Part shown: positions 47,766 through 61,377 of the stretch, piece by piece
Layout of the letters: each line of letters opens with the position of its first letter
Position numbering within the stretch: position 1 is the first letter of the stretch
NCBI RefSeq assembly: GCF_964355755.1
Contig: NC_092671.1
Span: 35,970,304 to 36,034,303 of the forward strand
DNA length: 64,000 nt
Direction of reading: 5' to 3'
Source: Antedon mediterranea
Taxonomy: Eukaryota > Animalia > Echinodermata
The notes under the pieces: generated by a model
Told to the model about the DNA's origin: nothing
Seen by the model: only the letters and a program-made list of their open reading frames with translations
Databases searched by the model: none
Program-made: the position numbers and the translations under genes

Positions 47766-50384
47766 ACTATTTATTAGGATAACTATAGAAAATGTTTTTA
47801 AAAGATGGAAATTAGAAAATTAAAGTTAATACAGAATGAATTACTGTACAAATATATAATTATTCTTTATTCTTTATATCAATATAGGCAACTAAAATAT
47901 TTGTCATTTTATTACAAACAAAAAACAATAGAGAAGTAGAAACCTACAGTTTAAACAATTTAAACTTTCTTCTATTTTTTTGGTAAATTGTAAAAAAATA
48001 AAAGTTCTCAATCATTCAATCAATTATAATTTTATGTGAATAATGCTATGAATCATTGTTGGAAACAATCTAGGCTAGTTCAATTTACAACCCACAATTG
48101 AACTCTTTCTTATACCTGCCAACTTCTATAAAATTATAAGAAATTGTGTGTCATTGTTAAACCTAAAAATTAGCTATTGACAATGTCCAAACATACACTG
48201 CTCCATAACTTTGACAAAAAACTTGCCAATTAAAACAATAATTATTTATTATTTTTTATTATTATTCAAAGCCACAAAACAAAACTGCATTTAATGTAAA
48301 TTTGACGATACGATATTGTGAAATATAAGTTGATTCTAATAATTTAAGTGGCCCGCTATAAATCCCAGTATGAATCGCATCATTATTTATTACACGTTTT
48401 TGACTTGATACTTTGTCAATTATAAATCAAGAAAACAGTTTCTAAATTTCAAATTCCAAAAGCCAATTTATAAACAGTTTTATTGAAAAATGAGTATATC
48501 TTTTCTTAACATTCAACGTTGGTTAATAAACCCTACACAAGATATATGGAGATTTCTTTGTAATGAAATAAAGTTACTGTATATTTCATTCACAGATAAA
48601 TTTTAAATTCGATTTATATGTAGATTTTGGCAGAGGTATTTAGAACTTATCAGCTCCCTGTCTACACACGCCTGCATCCTATTCTATGGCGGCTCACAGT
48701 CCTAACAAATTGTGCCAGATCTTTAGGAGGAAAATTGCCAAAGAATGTGGTTAAAGTTTCTAGAACAAAAGGTCCCTCAAGAAGAAAGCATGCCATATAT
48801 GGAAAGACAAAGGCCAATGTCCTTTGATATTATATTTATTATGTTGAAATCAGCTAGACAAAATACTTGGAATAATCGTTATAAAAATATTAATGAAAAA
48901 TTTACATCAAAAGGAAATGAATGAACAATATCACTAATTGAAAAAAAAAAATTAAATATTGATAAGTTTCCAATTACTAGTAAAGTTCACGATGTGGAAA
49001 GTCCTTAAATTAAATTACTCTAATTTAATGTAGTAACTTTATCTTCTTGTTTTATGGATTTTTTTAAAGGGAACTCTTTTATACAATAATGTAATTAAAC
49101 CAGGCACCCATCATCTAAAACCTAATCAATCATTTAACCGTAACTAACTCCTTGGAAATAATGCCATTTAACTCTTTAAACCAACGACCAATTAAAAAAA
49201 AAAACCAATACTATACTACCAACCATAAATTGAAACATGGCAGTGAGTCAGTCAACCTTTGTCAAATATGGTTGGTGTTTCTCAGAAAATACTGGGGACA
49301 GTTTGACCTCTGATGACCTCTAACCAACTCTGTGAAACATTCATCAACACACCTGTGACATACTAGAGGTGAATGACAGTCTACAACTTGTAATTGTAGT
49401 TTTTAATTAATGAAGTGGACATCTAGCAAGTCATCAATTATCAGTTACAATTAAATCAGAAATTATCTAACCATTATTGGCAATTAAGCAAGTTAAGACA
49501 AATTATATTCAACACTTTGTTACTGTTCAGACATGAAACTAGTTAAAATTGTCTGCGTATCAGAAAAAAATTAATAAATTCAACGTCTGTATCATGTATA
49601 AAGTTTATTTTTAGATTATAACAACTCTATGATGACAGAGGTCGTAATTATTATTGTTTATAATTTTAATTTAATGACAATACTATGCCTGGGTGTGCTA
49701 AATCACTTGACATTTATTCAGAAACAACTGAATATGAAATATGTTGTCAAACGTAACGTTTGTCAGAAAAACAAATTTCAAAACTAAGTCAGCGGTTCAA
49801 TGTCAATCTAAAATGAGACATTTATATAGACATATTAAAACATCTCTTACTCACATAAATATAGTTATTCAATAAGTAATAATAATAAAGTTATATGAAA
49901 AAATCACATTTATTGCTGCTACTGCAGTAGACAATAGATATGGTTTTCTCATATTGCTGACAGCAAACATAATAATTTATATCTAAGAAAACTGTTACCT
50001 TAGTTTTCAAATTCAAATTTTACTTGAGTTGGAAAAGAACTGTGATGCGTACATTGTGGTATTACTCTTTACAAAATTTAAGTTTTACAGACTTTTTTAT
50101 CACGCCAACTTAAGTGGCCAACAGCCACTTATAAGAAGGGCTGGTACATGGCAAGCTAAAGTTAAAAGATAGTATAAGTGTGGAGTGCCTAGACAGACCG
50201 TCGGGCCCAATGGGAGGCTTAGGGTATAATCCACAAGATGTAACCAATATGTCACACTTAAGACAAGCAAACCTTTACAGACAATCTTACGGGCTTGGTC
50301 CGGATCATCAACACAAGGAGTAAAAATGGGGCATGATTCTATCGTAGACACTTACTGAGTTAATGTTAAAAGAAGCATGCTTCA

Positions 50385-50531
50385 AGCTTGGTTCCCACTT
50401 GAGACAACACAAGGACGCAAGTGCATCACTGGTAATTTGACCAATCATAATCCCATGGATGACGCAAACTCTTGCTTATGATTGGTCAACTCACATTTGT
50501 TGCGCCTACGGTTCCAAGTGGGAACAAAGCT
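50385..50531. mobile_element. MITE with family B-type ends
   Basis: agcttggttcccacttg ... caagtgggaacaaagct. Confidence 0.7.
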
Positions 50532-50689
50532 TAATGGGACCTTTACGGTCAAGAGGCCGGAATAGGTTCAGCCATCAACCGACTTCCTAACAACCTATAA
50601 ATATTCGTCTGAAATATCTACAGTATAGACTAGTTTCATTATGTAAAAATCTAGATTGATCAAAAGGGTACCCCATCTAAATTTATATA

Positions 50690-50960
50690 GATTTGATTTT
50701 GATTTGAATTTACACAAATATACATTACAATTGGTAAACAAGAACAATTAAAACATACGGTAGTCTTCTATGGATAACCCAAAAAGCCGGTAAATATCAT
50801 TCCAGCTTATTTCCATTGGGGTCCATTATATAAATCAATACAAACAAAAAAATATTAAACCAGTAAAACAATAAAACATAGCATATAAAAGCATACTGTA
50901 TAAAATTGACTATTAAAATAATATTTCAAGTCAATCTTTAAAGTCGGTATTAAGTTAAAA
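50690..50960 (-). mobile_element. CR1/L2-type LINE 3' UTR fragment
   Basis: Minus strand atggaccccaatggaaataagctgg...ccggctttttgggttatccat stem, then an (aatca)n-like tail. Confidence 0.55.
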
Positions 50961-52893
50961 TACATCTGTCATTTATTCATTCATGAGAATGTTCCTTTAC
51001 TTTAAATTTAAAATCTGTCTTGTTAAAAATGGTTTTTAAAATGTGTGGTAATAGGTTCCATTGTTGTGCTGCTGTGTAGAAGAATGTGTCTTTGATATAC
51101 TGTATGTGTCTGATTTAGACAGGCTTCTTCTTGTGATATTTTGGATGGTGGATGTCTTGGAGAAGTGTGTGTACATGTATGGAATAGCTTGGTTGTTGAA
51201 TATTTTGTGAACATGGTTTAGTTATAAATTTTTCCTTAATATTTAAAACACAAATATAACATTCCTTGAATCTGTGTATGTTGAAAAAACTACAAAAAAA
51301 AACCTCATGGAAGGAACATGATCTGGCAGCTAGATCTGATAGTTAATACACTAAAACATAGGGATTACTGTCGTGATTTGCGGAATGACCACTGATGTAA
51401 TAAACACGGTCTGGTTGTCAGACAAGGGAATTAAAAGATTAGATTAAAGAGTAAAATCGACCTTTCAAAAGCTAAAAATGATATTTTTCTTATTCTCAAC
51501 AAAACCGTTCAAAGTTCACTTTTACATTTATTTCAAATGTGTTTTTTTAAGAATTTCCAGAAGCAAAATGACAAATTTTGAATTCCTTACAACTTTCCTA
51601 TGGTGCAATGTTATTCATTTTTCAGGTTTATAAATATCATATATGTAAATATCTAATGCTAAATTTTTACAATTTTTAGTTTCAAAACCCCTCCCTAATA
51701 AAATTAAGTTGAATAACTTCTAACAAATTCATAAATGAGTTTAGGTAACATTTATCATTTAATGTTACCATTTTTAGACGTTGAGCACAATTTAAAAATC
51801 CTATGTTTATTAAAACATTTTTTAAAAATTAAAATTGTCATATTCTTCAGTAAAAAAGATAACATTGCTTGCGTGTAAATTTTTTGTAATTCACTTGCGA
51901 TTTTTGTTGACAGCTAATTAGTGGATGGAATGGTTCAGTGATCATGTGGCAACAAAAGTTAATTAGCAGCTGAAAGGCTCTACAAATGAAGCCCTGGTAG
52001 ACACAGATGTTTTCATGCTTTATGTTATGTAATTATAAACAACATAAATATTTTTACTTTCGATGTTGATTTAATGCAGGTCCTGTATCACATTTTTGTA
52101 TCATAATCAAATTCATAATATGACAAATATTATAATTCTGTAACAATGTTTCAGAATTCATTCAAGCCACAAATAGTAGTCCAACCAGGGACTTATTTAT
52201 GCAGCTGTTGAGTATAAATGGACCTGGGAGACTTATAGACAGAATATGGGAAAAAATAGATGAACCTACAACGCACTATGGGTGAAGATGGCAGTGCAGG
52301 AAGTTAAAGTGATATGACATGGCTATCATCATCGCAAATGGACCAAGTTTGAGACGGAAGTGCTATCTAGGCCGGAGGGTGTTTGACCCGAACCAATTAA
52401 GCATACCACTGACATCATGTCTTGCATCAACAGTGGTCAGGCTAGGCCTGGTATGATCCCAGCTTGAGTAAATCATGCTGGGCTTAGAAGACACTACTAC
52501 ATACAAAGCTGGCTAAACATCAAGCTTAAGTAACCCACTGGGCTAATACTAACCAGGGAGAATGTTAACAGATGATCCATGTCCACTGGTCAAGTTGACT
52601 GGACAAAACACTGACCTAGCCACAGGAAAACACACATTTAGGTGTTATTAATAACAACAAGCATTTACAAATAATTTATTCACTAAGGGCAGGAACAACT
52701 GGTAAATATAAACAGATTTAGCTAACTCCAGTTGAGGATTGCCAGTGGCTATATATTACTAAGAAATGCTCTTTTTTATACTGGGATACAAAAACAACTA
52801 AACCAATAGAATAATAATAATATAATTTACAGTATGATTTATAACCAAGAGAATGGATGTACAACTATTATAGTTCGAATGTGCTGTGTTTTA

Positions 52894-53099
52894 AGGTCAA
52901 TTTACAGACAAGCGGAAACAGTAGGTGGAAAAAACCGCATAGCTTAACCTCAATCTATGTAGAATTTGTATCTATCCTGGGTGGGATTTTGTTCAAACAC
53001 TCGTCCACTCCACATTTGTGTAAATGGTTTTACGAAACAACAGATTCTATATTTTTGTTTTCCGCTTATCTCTTTCCGCTCGTCTGTGTAAACTGGCCT
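52894..53099. mobile_element. MITE family C relative
   Basis: TTA aggtcaatttacagac ... gtctgtgtaaactggcct TTA. Confidence 0.75.
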
Positions 53100-53747
53100 T
53101 TAGTCCGTTAAATGTATCTAAATTTTGATACATTGAGAGTATGTATGTACCGTAATAGGATGTGTTTCTGCTGAGCAACACAAAAATAACAGTTTTTTTT
53201 TTTATAGTAAAGTTGTTTTTATATAAATGATTGAATGTACAAGACTCAATAAGCAGGTACATCAAATTAAAAAAGCATTAACATTAGAAAATGTATTTAT
53301 CATGACATAAATTGTGGAGTCACCAAATCTAGGACAAAATTCCAACCAAGTTTAAACCATTCGTGCATGAAAAGAAAATCTACTTTATGTCAAAATTATG
53401 ATCATTACCAGATTTTTATCTAAAGTGCTTAAATTTTATGAATTTATAAACTGATTACTATGTCATTGATGCATGAAGGTGATTTAATATTAATTATAAG
53501 TAAAACAGTTCACATCAATTGTCAGTTTTAAGCTTTTAAGTTTATTGTGTAACCCATAATGATTCATGATTGGGATTTTATAAAATTACTTGTTGTAGTA
53601 ACTTTTTTGAGTTTCAGGCATTGTATGCTAAAAAAAGTTGCCAAGGTACATTTTGGTGGGTTTTTCCTATAATTTTGTTGTCCATCAAAGTTTTCTAGGA
53701 GATGGAGATGAACAGAGTGTGGGTTTTTACTATAGAACATCAGTATT

Positions 53748-54090
53748 AGGGCTTGTTTCTACTGAGTTATGCTTTCATATCATACGCGGCGTACAACTCC
53801 ATAGGTCTGAACCAGGAAAAGATTAGTGGCAGCCACAGCCACTCTTACGACACTGATCTTTTGTTCGTTACAACAGCTCAAGGTACACGATTAGTGAACG
53901 ACGCATACGATACGAAAGTCATGCATCAATGATTTTTTCAAATTTACTCCTACATACAAGATGTTCAGTGGCACTTCAGTTTCAAACAAAAGCGTTAAGT
54001 AAATCTGAACACTTTGCTGTTACGACGCTAATTATAATATGACATTGCATGCGACACGAAAGCATAACTTCATCGATCTGAACATGCCCT
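53748..54090. mobile_element. MITE family E copy
   Basis: agggcttgtt ... tctgaacatgccct; inverted homologue of 4924-5240. Confidence 0.7.
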
Positions 54091-54527
54091 ACAGTAAGTA
54101 GTGGGGATGAACAGGGCGTGGGGTTATACTATAGAACATCAGTATTGGTAGAAGGATGACCCTGTAATTGATCATTGTTTGTTGTTATTAGTTGGCATTG
54201 CCTTGTAAAACAGGCCAAGAGCACACAACACACACAAACACTATAGGTGTTAAGGCCATTAAAGATAAATTAATTGTACAAATAAAGGTATATCACTTTA
54301 CAACACTTAAGCAATTAATTACAGTTAAATCAACTTAATATAATATTTCATTGAGGGTTTACTTTTTGATGAAGGTTTAGCATAGTGAAGGAATAATCTG
54401 AGCAATGTTAAATATTTCAGATTCAGTGTTTACTTGGAAGAAAATGTGTTTGGAGATTTGGATAAATTTGTAATTTACTTTGCACTTACATATGTGCTAT
54501 ATTATTGGTGTTACAACAATTTAGTTT

Positions 54528-54687
54528 AGCTTTGACTACACTATTAAACACTTGACAAAAAACAAGTTTGACAACGAAAGTGTGATGTGCCTAATTATGG
54601 TATTGATTTGCCTAAATATGGTAGTGATGACATCATCATGTGGAACATTTTTGTTGTCACATCAAGTTTGATATGGTAGACATTGCT
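54528..54687. mobile_element. MITE family A copy, diverged
   Basis: agctttgactacactatta ... tggtagacattgct. Confidence 0.7.
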
Positions 54688-56033
54688 TTAGAGATCAAGT
54701 TTGATCAATCCTCCATTTTATAGTTCTCAAGTGTGATGTTCACAATAAAACATTTTAATTGAATTGCACTGTCGGAGCAGAACTGAAAACTCCACCAAAA
54801 CACTTTGTTTTTTAAATTTAAACAAATTCGCTTGCAATAAACATAAAATGTTTCTGGAATAATAAGGTACTTTGTAACAAATTAAAAGAGCTTGGTCTCC
54901 CACGAGGTCCGTAAATCAACAAACATTTAGCTAAGTTTACTAGATATGTGCTTAAAACAATGTATAATGATCCTCCTGTTGTGTTCTTGTTTTATAAATT
55001 CAGTCAACAATGAAATAAAATCATCTGCTTTGTTTGTACTTCAGGTAGGTAAGTGCTCTGTAACAATTAACACTAACATTGTAAATGACTTTACTCAAAC
55101 AATGTGGTCAAGAAAATAAACCTAGACTGATAGTTTGCAAACAAAGATGTTTTGATGGTCAGACTTGGAGGTCAGTCAGTCTGGACAGATAAAATCCAAG
55201 TACATTACACTTGAAAATTGTGGTAAAGACTATGATCTATGTTTGAACATGGACTTGGAAGGCTCAGATTTTCTTCTAGCTAAGTGGATGGTGTTTTGGC
55301 TAATTTCATCATTCGAAAACCTATTTTGAAAATCATGTTCCCACCTTTCAAACTCACACAAATGTTGTTTTTACGTTGATTTATATCGATTGAATGCAGT
55401 AGTATAATAAATGTAGCAAATTCAAAACTGAAGTAGTTTTGAAGATTTGTGATGTTTCAATTTTCCGACCTGTATGTCTGGAGAAGCCCGAAGGGACATT
55501 GTAAGACATCAAATGCATTTCAAGAAACTTCAGTTTGAAACAGAAGGGAAGTATGATAAGATGTGAATTTGATAAAGAGAACTTAATAAATACATGCTCA
55601 AAGTCACAAGTCTTAAGACGTTATAAAACATCTTTTTTTTTTTGTAATAAAAGATCAATTTTATAGATGCTAGCGTAAACTTAATCTAAATCTGATAAAA
55701 TTTACATTTATTGTCAATAGTTATAGTTGAAAGAAAGAATTCATAACCAAATGCAATAATATAAAAACAAATAAAAAACAAAATAAAAAATTAAAAAAAA
55801 AAAAAAAATACAAAGAAAATACACAACAGTACATTGTTATAATAATAATGTTCAGTTTATATAGTGCAAAATACAGGGCACCTCTAAGTGCTGAACCATC
55901 AACAGAAAATGTAAAAAAAAAGCAAAAAATAATTAATGTTGAAAATGCAAATTAAAAAGATGGGATTTTTTTCTGCATTTTGTTAAAATTTGAAAAAAAA
56001 CTGAAACTTCTAAATCATTAATTACATACATAC

Positions 56034-56180
56034 CAGGTGGTGTTTGAGTTTTCAACTGCATGTGCTCTGGTTCTGGAGGACGTTCACCACAGAGGGCAGC
56101 AGCCAACGTTGGGTTCTGAGCAATAACAGATGGGACAGTCTGGTCACCAGATGCTGAGTTTTGCTCCTCAGATTCAGGAG
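56034..56180 (-). CDS. Internal coding exon (147 nt, phase 1-1) of an unidentified host gene
   Basis: Acceptor ttttacttaatatttag, donor CTG|gtatgt; GC-richer open frame PESEEQNSASGDQTVPSVIAQNPTLAAALCGERPPEPEHMQLKTQTPP. Confidence 0.75.
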
Positions 56181-56282
56181 CTAAATATTAAGTAAAATAG
56201 TTCCCATTAACAATATTATTTTTCTTTAGTTCCATCAATGTAATAAAAAAAAATAAAGCAATTATAGGAACATGTCACCTAG

Positions 56283-56483
56283 TATACATTTGCCTCTCTC
56301 CACCCAGGTGTATAAATGGGTACCAGTTAGATCAAGACACAATTTTGTGCTGATTACTATCTGCATTATTATTGGAGTATGTTTCCATAAGCGTTTGATC
56401 CAAAAAAATAACCGGGGTAATAATGTTCAGCACATTGAGAGCTTGCTTATATGCGCTATATAAAAACAAACTATTATTATTAT
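56283..56483 (+). mobile_element. SINE family 1, 5'-truncated, with L2-like tail
   Basis: Matches 58482-58600; ends gcacattgagagc...tgcgctatataaaa...(tat)n. Confidence 0.75.
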
Positions 56484-58364
56484 AAATTATCTTTTATGAA
56501 ATTTATTCTGGGTTTGTGGGTCACCCACCGGTGGGTTACCAGAGTCAGTAGAATCATGTGAATGGGTATGGTTGCCTTCCAATTCCAATGTCCTAAATTT
56601 AATTTTAATTTATCAGTAAAGTAAAACAGAACTATAAAGTAAAGGATTATTGCACTGTGTGTTCAATATGAACAATATAATACCTCTGAAGAATAAGATA
56701 ACCATACAAAAGAAAAACATATGTTATACATTAATGAAAAGCAATTAAGTAATTTCCAAATCAAACAAATTTAAACACAAACACACTGCCTTGATTTTAT
56801 CAAATTAACCAAACAATAGTAATCTGAGGTGGTACAGGTCCCTACTGGGTAGAGTTGTATACCCTAGGAGTATGTGCCCCTGGGTACAGAACACCCCTGG
56901 ATGTTGCAATGGAAATTAAGATTTCATCCTGTGCCTTCAGGATGAATGTTTCTAATATTTTAGATGCTCAATTAGGAAAGAGGTATGTTGTTTTCAACTC
57001 TGTGATAAAATTAAATTAAGTATAAAATGTTGTTTGTCATAATTTAATTTTTAAATATAAAAAGTTAATTGTTTGTGTCAAGTGATATTGTGTATGTAAA
57101 TGGTCATTGAGGGTGTAAAGTTTTGATAAAAAATATTACCTTATCAACAGATTCAAATAAACTTAGCGGCTTACCGCTATCAAGCGCCTAGTAGTAGTAG
57201 CAGTCCTTTAGCGATCAAATTTAATAAAACCAAATGACAAAAAATGTTTAGAAATAGAGGTTATAGGATCCCATAAGGGTGCAACAACTTATTGGAACTG
57301 TCTGTGAAATTATGAACATAGGCATGAAGCTCTAATTTGGATCCCTCAACAATGCTACAACTGCCAAAAAAGTGTTCAAAAAGTGCTATGACATTACATG
57401 TGAGCGATGGTTCATAAGAGCTACAACTTATTTGAAGTAGAGTATTTGTCGAAACACAGAGCCGAGAATATAAAAAGAAATAAAGAGGATGAACAACTGA
57501 ACAAAACTGCCTGTCAAAATTACAGAGCAGGGCCTAGGAATTAGGCTGGAAAGCCACAAGAGGGATAACTGATTTAAAACTGTCTATCAGTGTCACAACA
57601 CACAGCATAGGGGCCTAGGAATGAGGCTAGGGACAGACCTACAATTACAGACGTAACATGGCCATGTTTATCAATAAATACAGACAATTTAAATGTATAC
57701 TCAATGGCTTTGAATTCATTTCAATAAATTGCAGAAATTTTAATATTATTTCATTCATTGTAACAAAATAAAATCAAGTTAAATGTGTTAATTTCAAATT
57801 GATTAATGTTTACATATTTTTAAACTATTCTTTGTTTTAACATAAATAGTTTGGAAAAAACTACAAGACGTTTAACTATCTAATCCCTCATGAAATCATT
57901 CCATTGTAGAAATTTTAATATTATTTCATTCATTATAAAATCAAGTTAACTTCTATGACAACTGTACTAATTTTAAATTGATTAAATGTTTATATTTTTA
58001 AACTAGTCTTTGTTTCTTTTTGTTTAAATAATTGAAGAACTAACTATTAATCCCTTATGAAATCATAACTAATTTTAATATGTTTATCGATAAAACCAGG
58101 CAATTTAACTATGCTCAATGGCTTTCGATGTAATTAACTAAACTCCAAGTATAATCACTTATGTGAATAAAATCAAATCGGATTATCGTGACCTATTATC
58201 TAGTTTGTAACCATAATAAATTTAATTATGTTATCCTTTCCTAAAACACTTATTGTTCTTTGTATAAAGTAGAAAAGACAAAACAATTATTATCAATTGT
58301 AATCTTTATTAAATATGTAATACATGATTGATTTTAGCAAATGAGAACGTACCGTTTAACTAGT

Positions 58365-58605
58365 TGAGGGCGTGTGGCGTAGGGTTGGACGTTGGATTAC
58401 TAAAAGTGAGATCGTGGTTCAAATACAACTCAATCTCTCGCCGCATTGCTTGTAATTGTATCCTTAGGCAAGACACTTTACTTACATTTGCCTCTCTCCA
58501 CCCAGGTGTATAAAATGGGTACCAGGTTAGATCAAGACACAACCTTGCGCTGATTACTAGCTGCATTATGGGAGTTTCCATACGTAATTTGATCCAAAAA
58601 ATCTA
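58365..58605 (+). mobile_element. tRNA-derived SINE family 1 with CORE-like central domain
   Basis: A box tggcgtagggttgg, B box ggttcaaatac, then ccttaggcaagacacttt...tgcctctctccacccaggtgtataaaatggg. Confidence 0.75.
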
Positions 58606-59341
58606 CTTTATATAAATTATGACTTTATATTATTTTGTAAATCACATCATTTGTAAATTATTTTCTGATCATTAATGATGAAAATGTGACTTTCGGGTGG
58701 AAGCAAACAAAAACCAAGAATAAAATATTAATGTAGCCTCTGAAAGGATTTAAATACAGAATGTGAATGAAATTGAAAAAGCATTTTCAACTTATCCTGT
58801 GGTTTTAGAGCCTTTAGGCAGCAAAGCTATTGAGAACAGTGCATTATAGTATCATTATAGATAAATTAATAAGGTAATAAGATTATTTGTATTTATTTGT
58901 AAAATGAACTTAATATGGCAATAAGATTAATTTTGTCATTATCTTGTCTGTAAATTAAAGTTTCTTAAGTAGATTTTTATTAAAACAAATATTCATAATT
59001 TTTTCAGTAGAACAAACTAGACATTTTGAGCTAAACCAATGTTTTTTTTCTGACAATTGTTATAAATAAAACCTGTCAGACTATATAGTAAACTGAGTCA
59101 TGTTATGTCTATTGAATAAAAAAAAAAGAAATCTTAAAGACACACTAGCAGGGGAGAGAGTATATATAACAATTATAGACAATTATGATTTATTGAAAAA
59201 TGTCATTAACAATTATTATCAAGTTTTGTCTCTTAATATCAAATCAAATTATTGATTTTACAAAGTAAAGTTAAAAAAATAGTTCATAAATTTATAACTG
59301 GCCTGTATTGTTTTGTGCAGATGCACAATGAAAATAAATCT

Positions 59342-61377
59342 GTGAGTGAGTGATATTTCAATTCCAACCTGGGTGGACCCTATTAAGTGGGTACTTACTT
59401 ACATGAGTAAAGGTCTAATTCTACCGTATTTAAAACACTTTTGTTTACACAAAATGTCATGAGTACAAATTAAATTGTGAAAATTAGAACAGAAAGATAT
59501 ATGTATGGAAATCTAGTTCACTCACAGTGTGAGTGATATTTCAATTACAACCTGGGTGGACCCTTTTAAGTGGGCACTTAAGTGAGTGCGTTCCAGTTTT
59601 ACCGTATTTATAACACTTTTGTTAACATAAAATATCATAAGTACACATTAGATTGTTAAAATGGCAACAGAAAGATATGTATGGAAATCTAGTTCACTCA
59701 CAGTGTGAGTGATATTTCAATTACAACCTGGGTGGAATCTTTTAAGTGGGCACTTAAGTGAGTGCGTTCAAGTTTTACTGTATTTAAAACACTTTTGTTA
59801 ACATAAAATATCATAAGTACACATTAGATTGTTAAAATGGCAACAGAAAGATATGTATGGAAATCTAGTTCACTCACAGTGTGAGTGATATTTCAATTAC
59901 AACCTGGGTGGACCCTTTTAAGTGGGCACTTAAGTGAGTGCGTTCCAGTTTTACCGTATTTATAACACTTTTGTTAACATAAAATATCATAAGTACACAT
60001 TAGATTGTTAAAATGGCAACAGAAAGATATGTATGGAAATCTAGTTCACTCACAGTGTGAGTGATATTTCAATTACAACCTGGGTGGAATCTTTTAAGTG
60101 GGCACTTAAGTGAGTGCGTTCAAGTTTTACTGTATTTAAAACACTTTTGTTAACATAAAATATCATAAGTACACATTAGATTGTTAAAATGGCAACAGAA
60201 AGATATGTATGGAAATCTAGTTCACTCACAGTGTGAGTGATATTTCAATTACAACCTGGGTGGACCCTTTTAAGTGGGCACTTAAGTGAGTGCGTTCCAG
60301 TTTTACTGTATTTAAAACATTTTATTAAACATTTATTTAAACATAAAATATCATAAGTACACATTAGATTGTTAAAATGGCAACAGAAAGATATGTATGG
60401 AAATCTAGTTCACTCACAGTGTGAGTGATATTTCAATTACAACCTGGGTGGACCCTTTTAAGTGGGCACTTAAGTGAGTGCGTTCCAGTTTTACCGTATT
60501 TATAACACTTTTGTTAACATAAAATATCATAAGTACACATTAGATTGTTAAAATGGCAACAGAAAGATATGTATGGAAATCTAGTTCACTCACAGTGTGA
60601 GTGATATTTCAATTACAACCTGGGTGGAATCTTTTAAGTGGGCACTTAAGTGAGTGCGTTCAAGTTTTACTGTATTTAAAACACTTTTGTTAACATAAAA
60701 TATCATAAGTACACATTAGATTGTTAAAATGGCAACAGAAAGATATGTATGGAAATCTAGTTCACTCACAGTGTGAGTGATATTTCAATTACAACCTGGG
60801 TGGACCCTTTTAAGTGGGCACTTAAGTGAGTGCGTTCCAGTTTTACTGTATTTAAAACATTTTATTAAACATTTATTTAAACATAAAATATCATAAGTAC
60901 ACATTAGATTGTTAAAATGGCAACAGAAAGATATGTATGGAAATCTAGTTCACTCACAGTGTGAGTGATATTTCAATTACAACCTGGGTGGACCCTTTTA
61001 AGTGGGCACTTAAGTGAGTGCGTTCCAGTTTTACCGTATTTATAACACTTTTGTTAACATAAAATATCATAAGTACACATTAGATTGTTAAAATGGCAAC
61101 AGAAAGATATGTATGGAAATCTACTTCACTCACAGTGTGAGTGATATTTCAATTACAACCTGGGTGGACCCTTTTAAGTGGGCACTTAAGTGAGTGCGTT
61201 CCAGTTCTAGCTCTAGTGTATTTAAAACACTTTTGTTAACATACAATATCATAAGTACACATTAGATTGTTAAAATGGCAACAGAAAGATACGTATGAAA
61301 ATCTAGTTCACTCACTCTGTGAGTTAAGTTAAAAATCTAATTACAATCTGGGTGGATCATATTAAGTGTGCACTTAA
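59342..61377. repeat. 176-bp satellite, ~11.3 units, with a 540-bp higher-order repeat
   Basis: Unit starts at 59346, 59529, 59705, 59881, 60057, 60233, 60421, 60597, 60773, 60961, 61137, ~61318. Confidence 0.95.

Noticed and set aside
58365-58440. Possible tRNA gene
   Set aside because: Has A and B boxes but no clear cloverleaf and continues into a SINE body; the same applies at 39956.
59523-61140. CACAGTG in each satellite unit, like a RAG/Transib RSS heptamer
   Set aside because: No nonamer-like ACAAAAACC at 12 or 23 bp spacing; it is part of a small palindrome.
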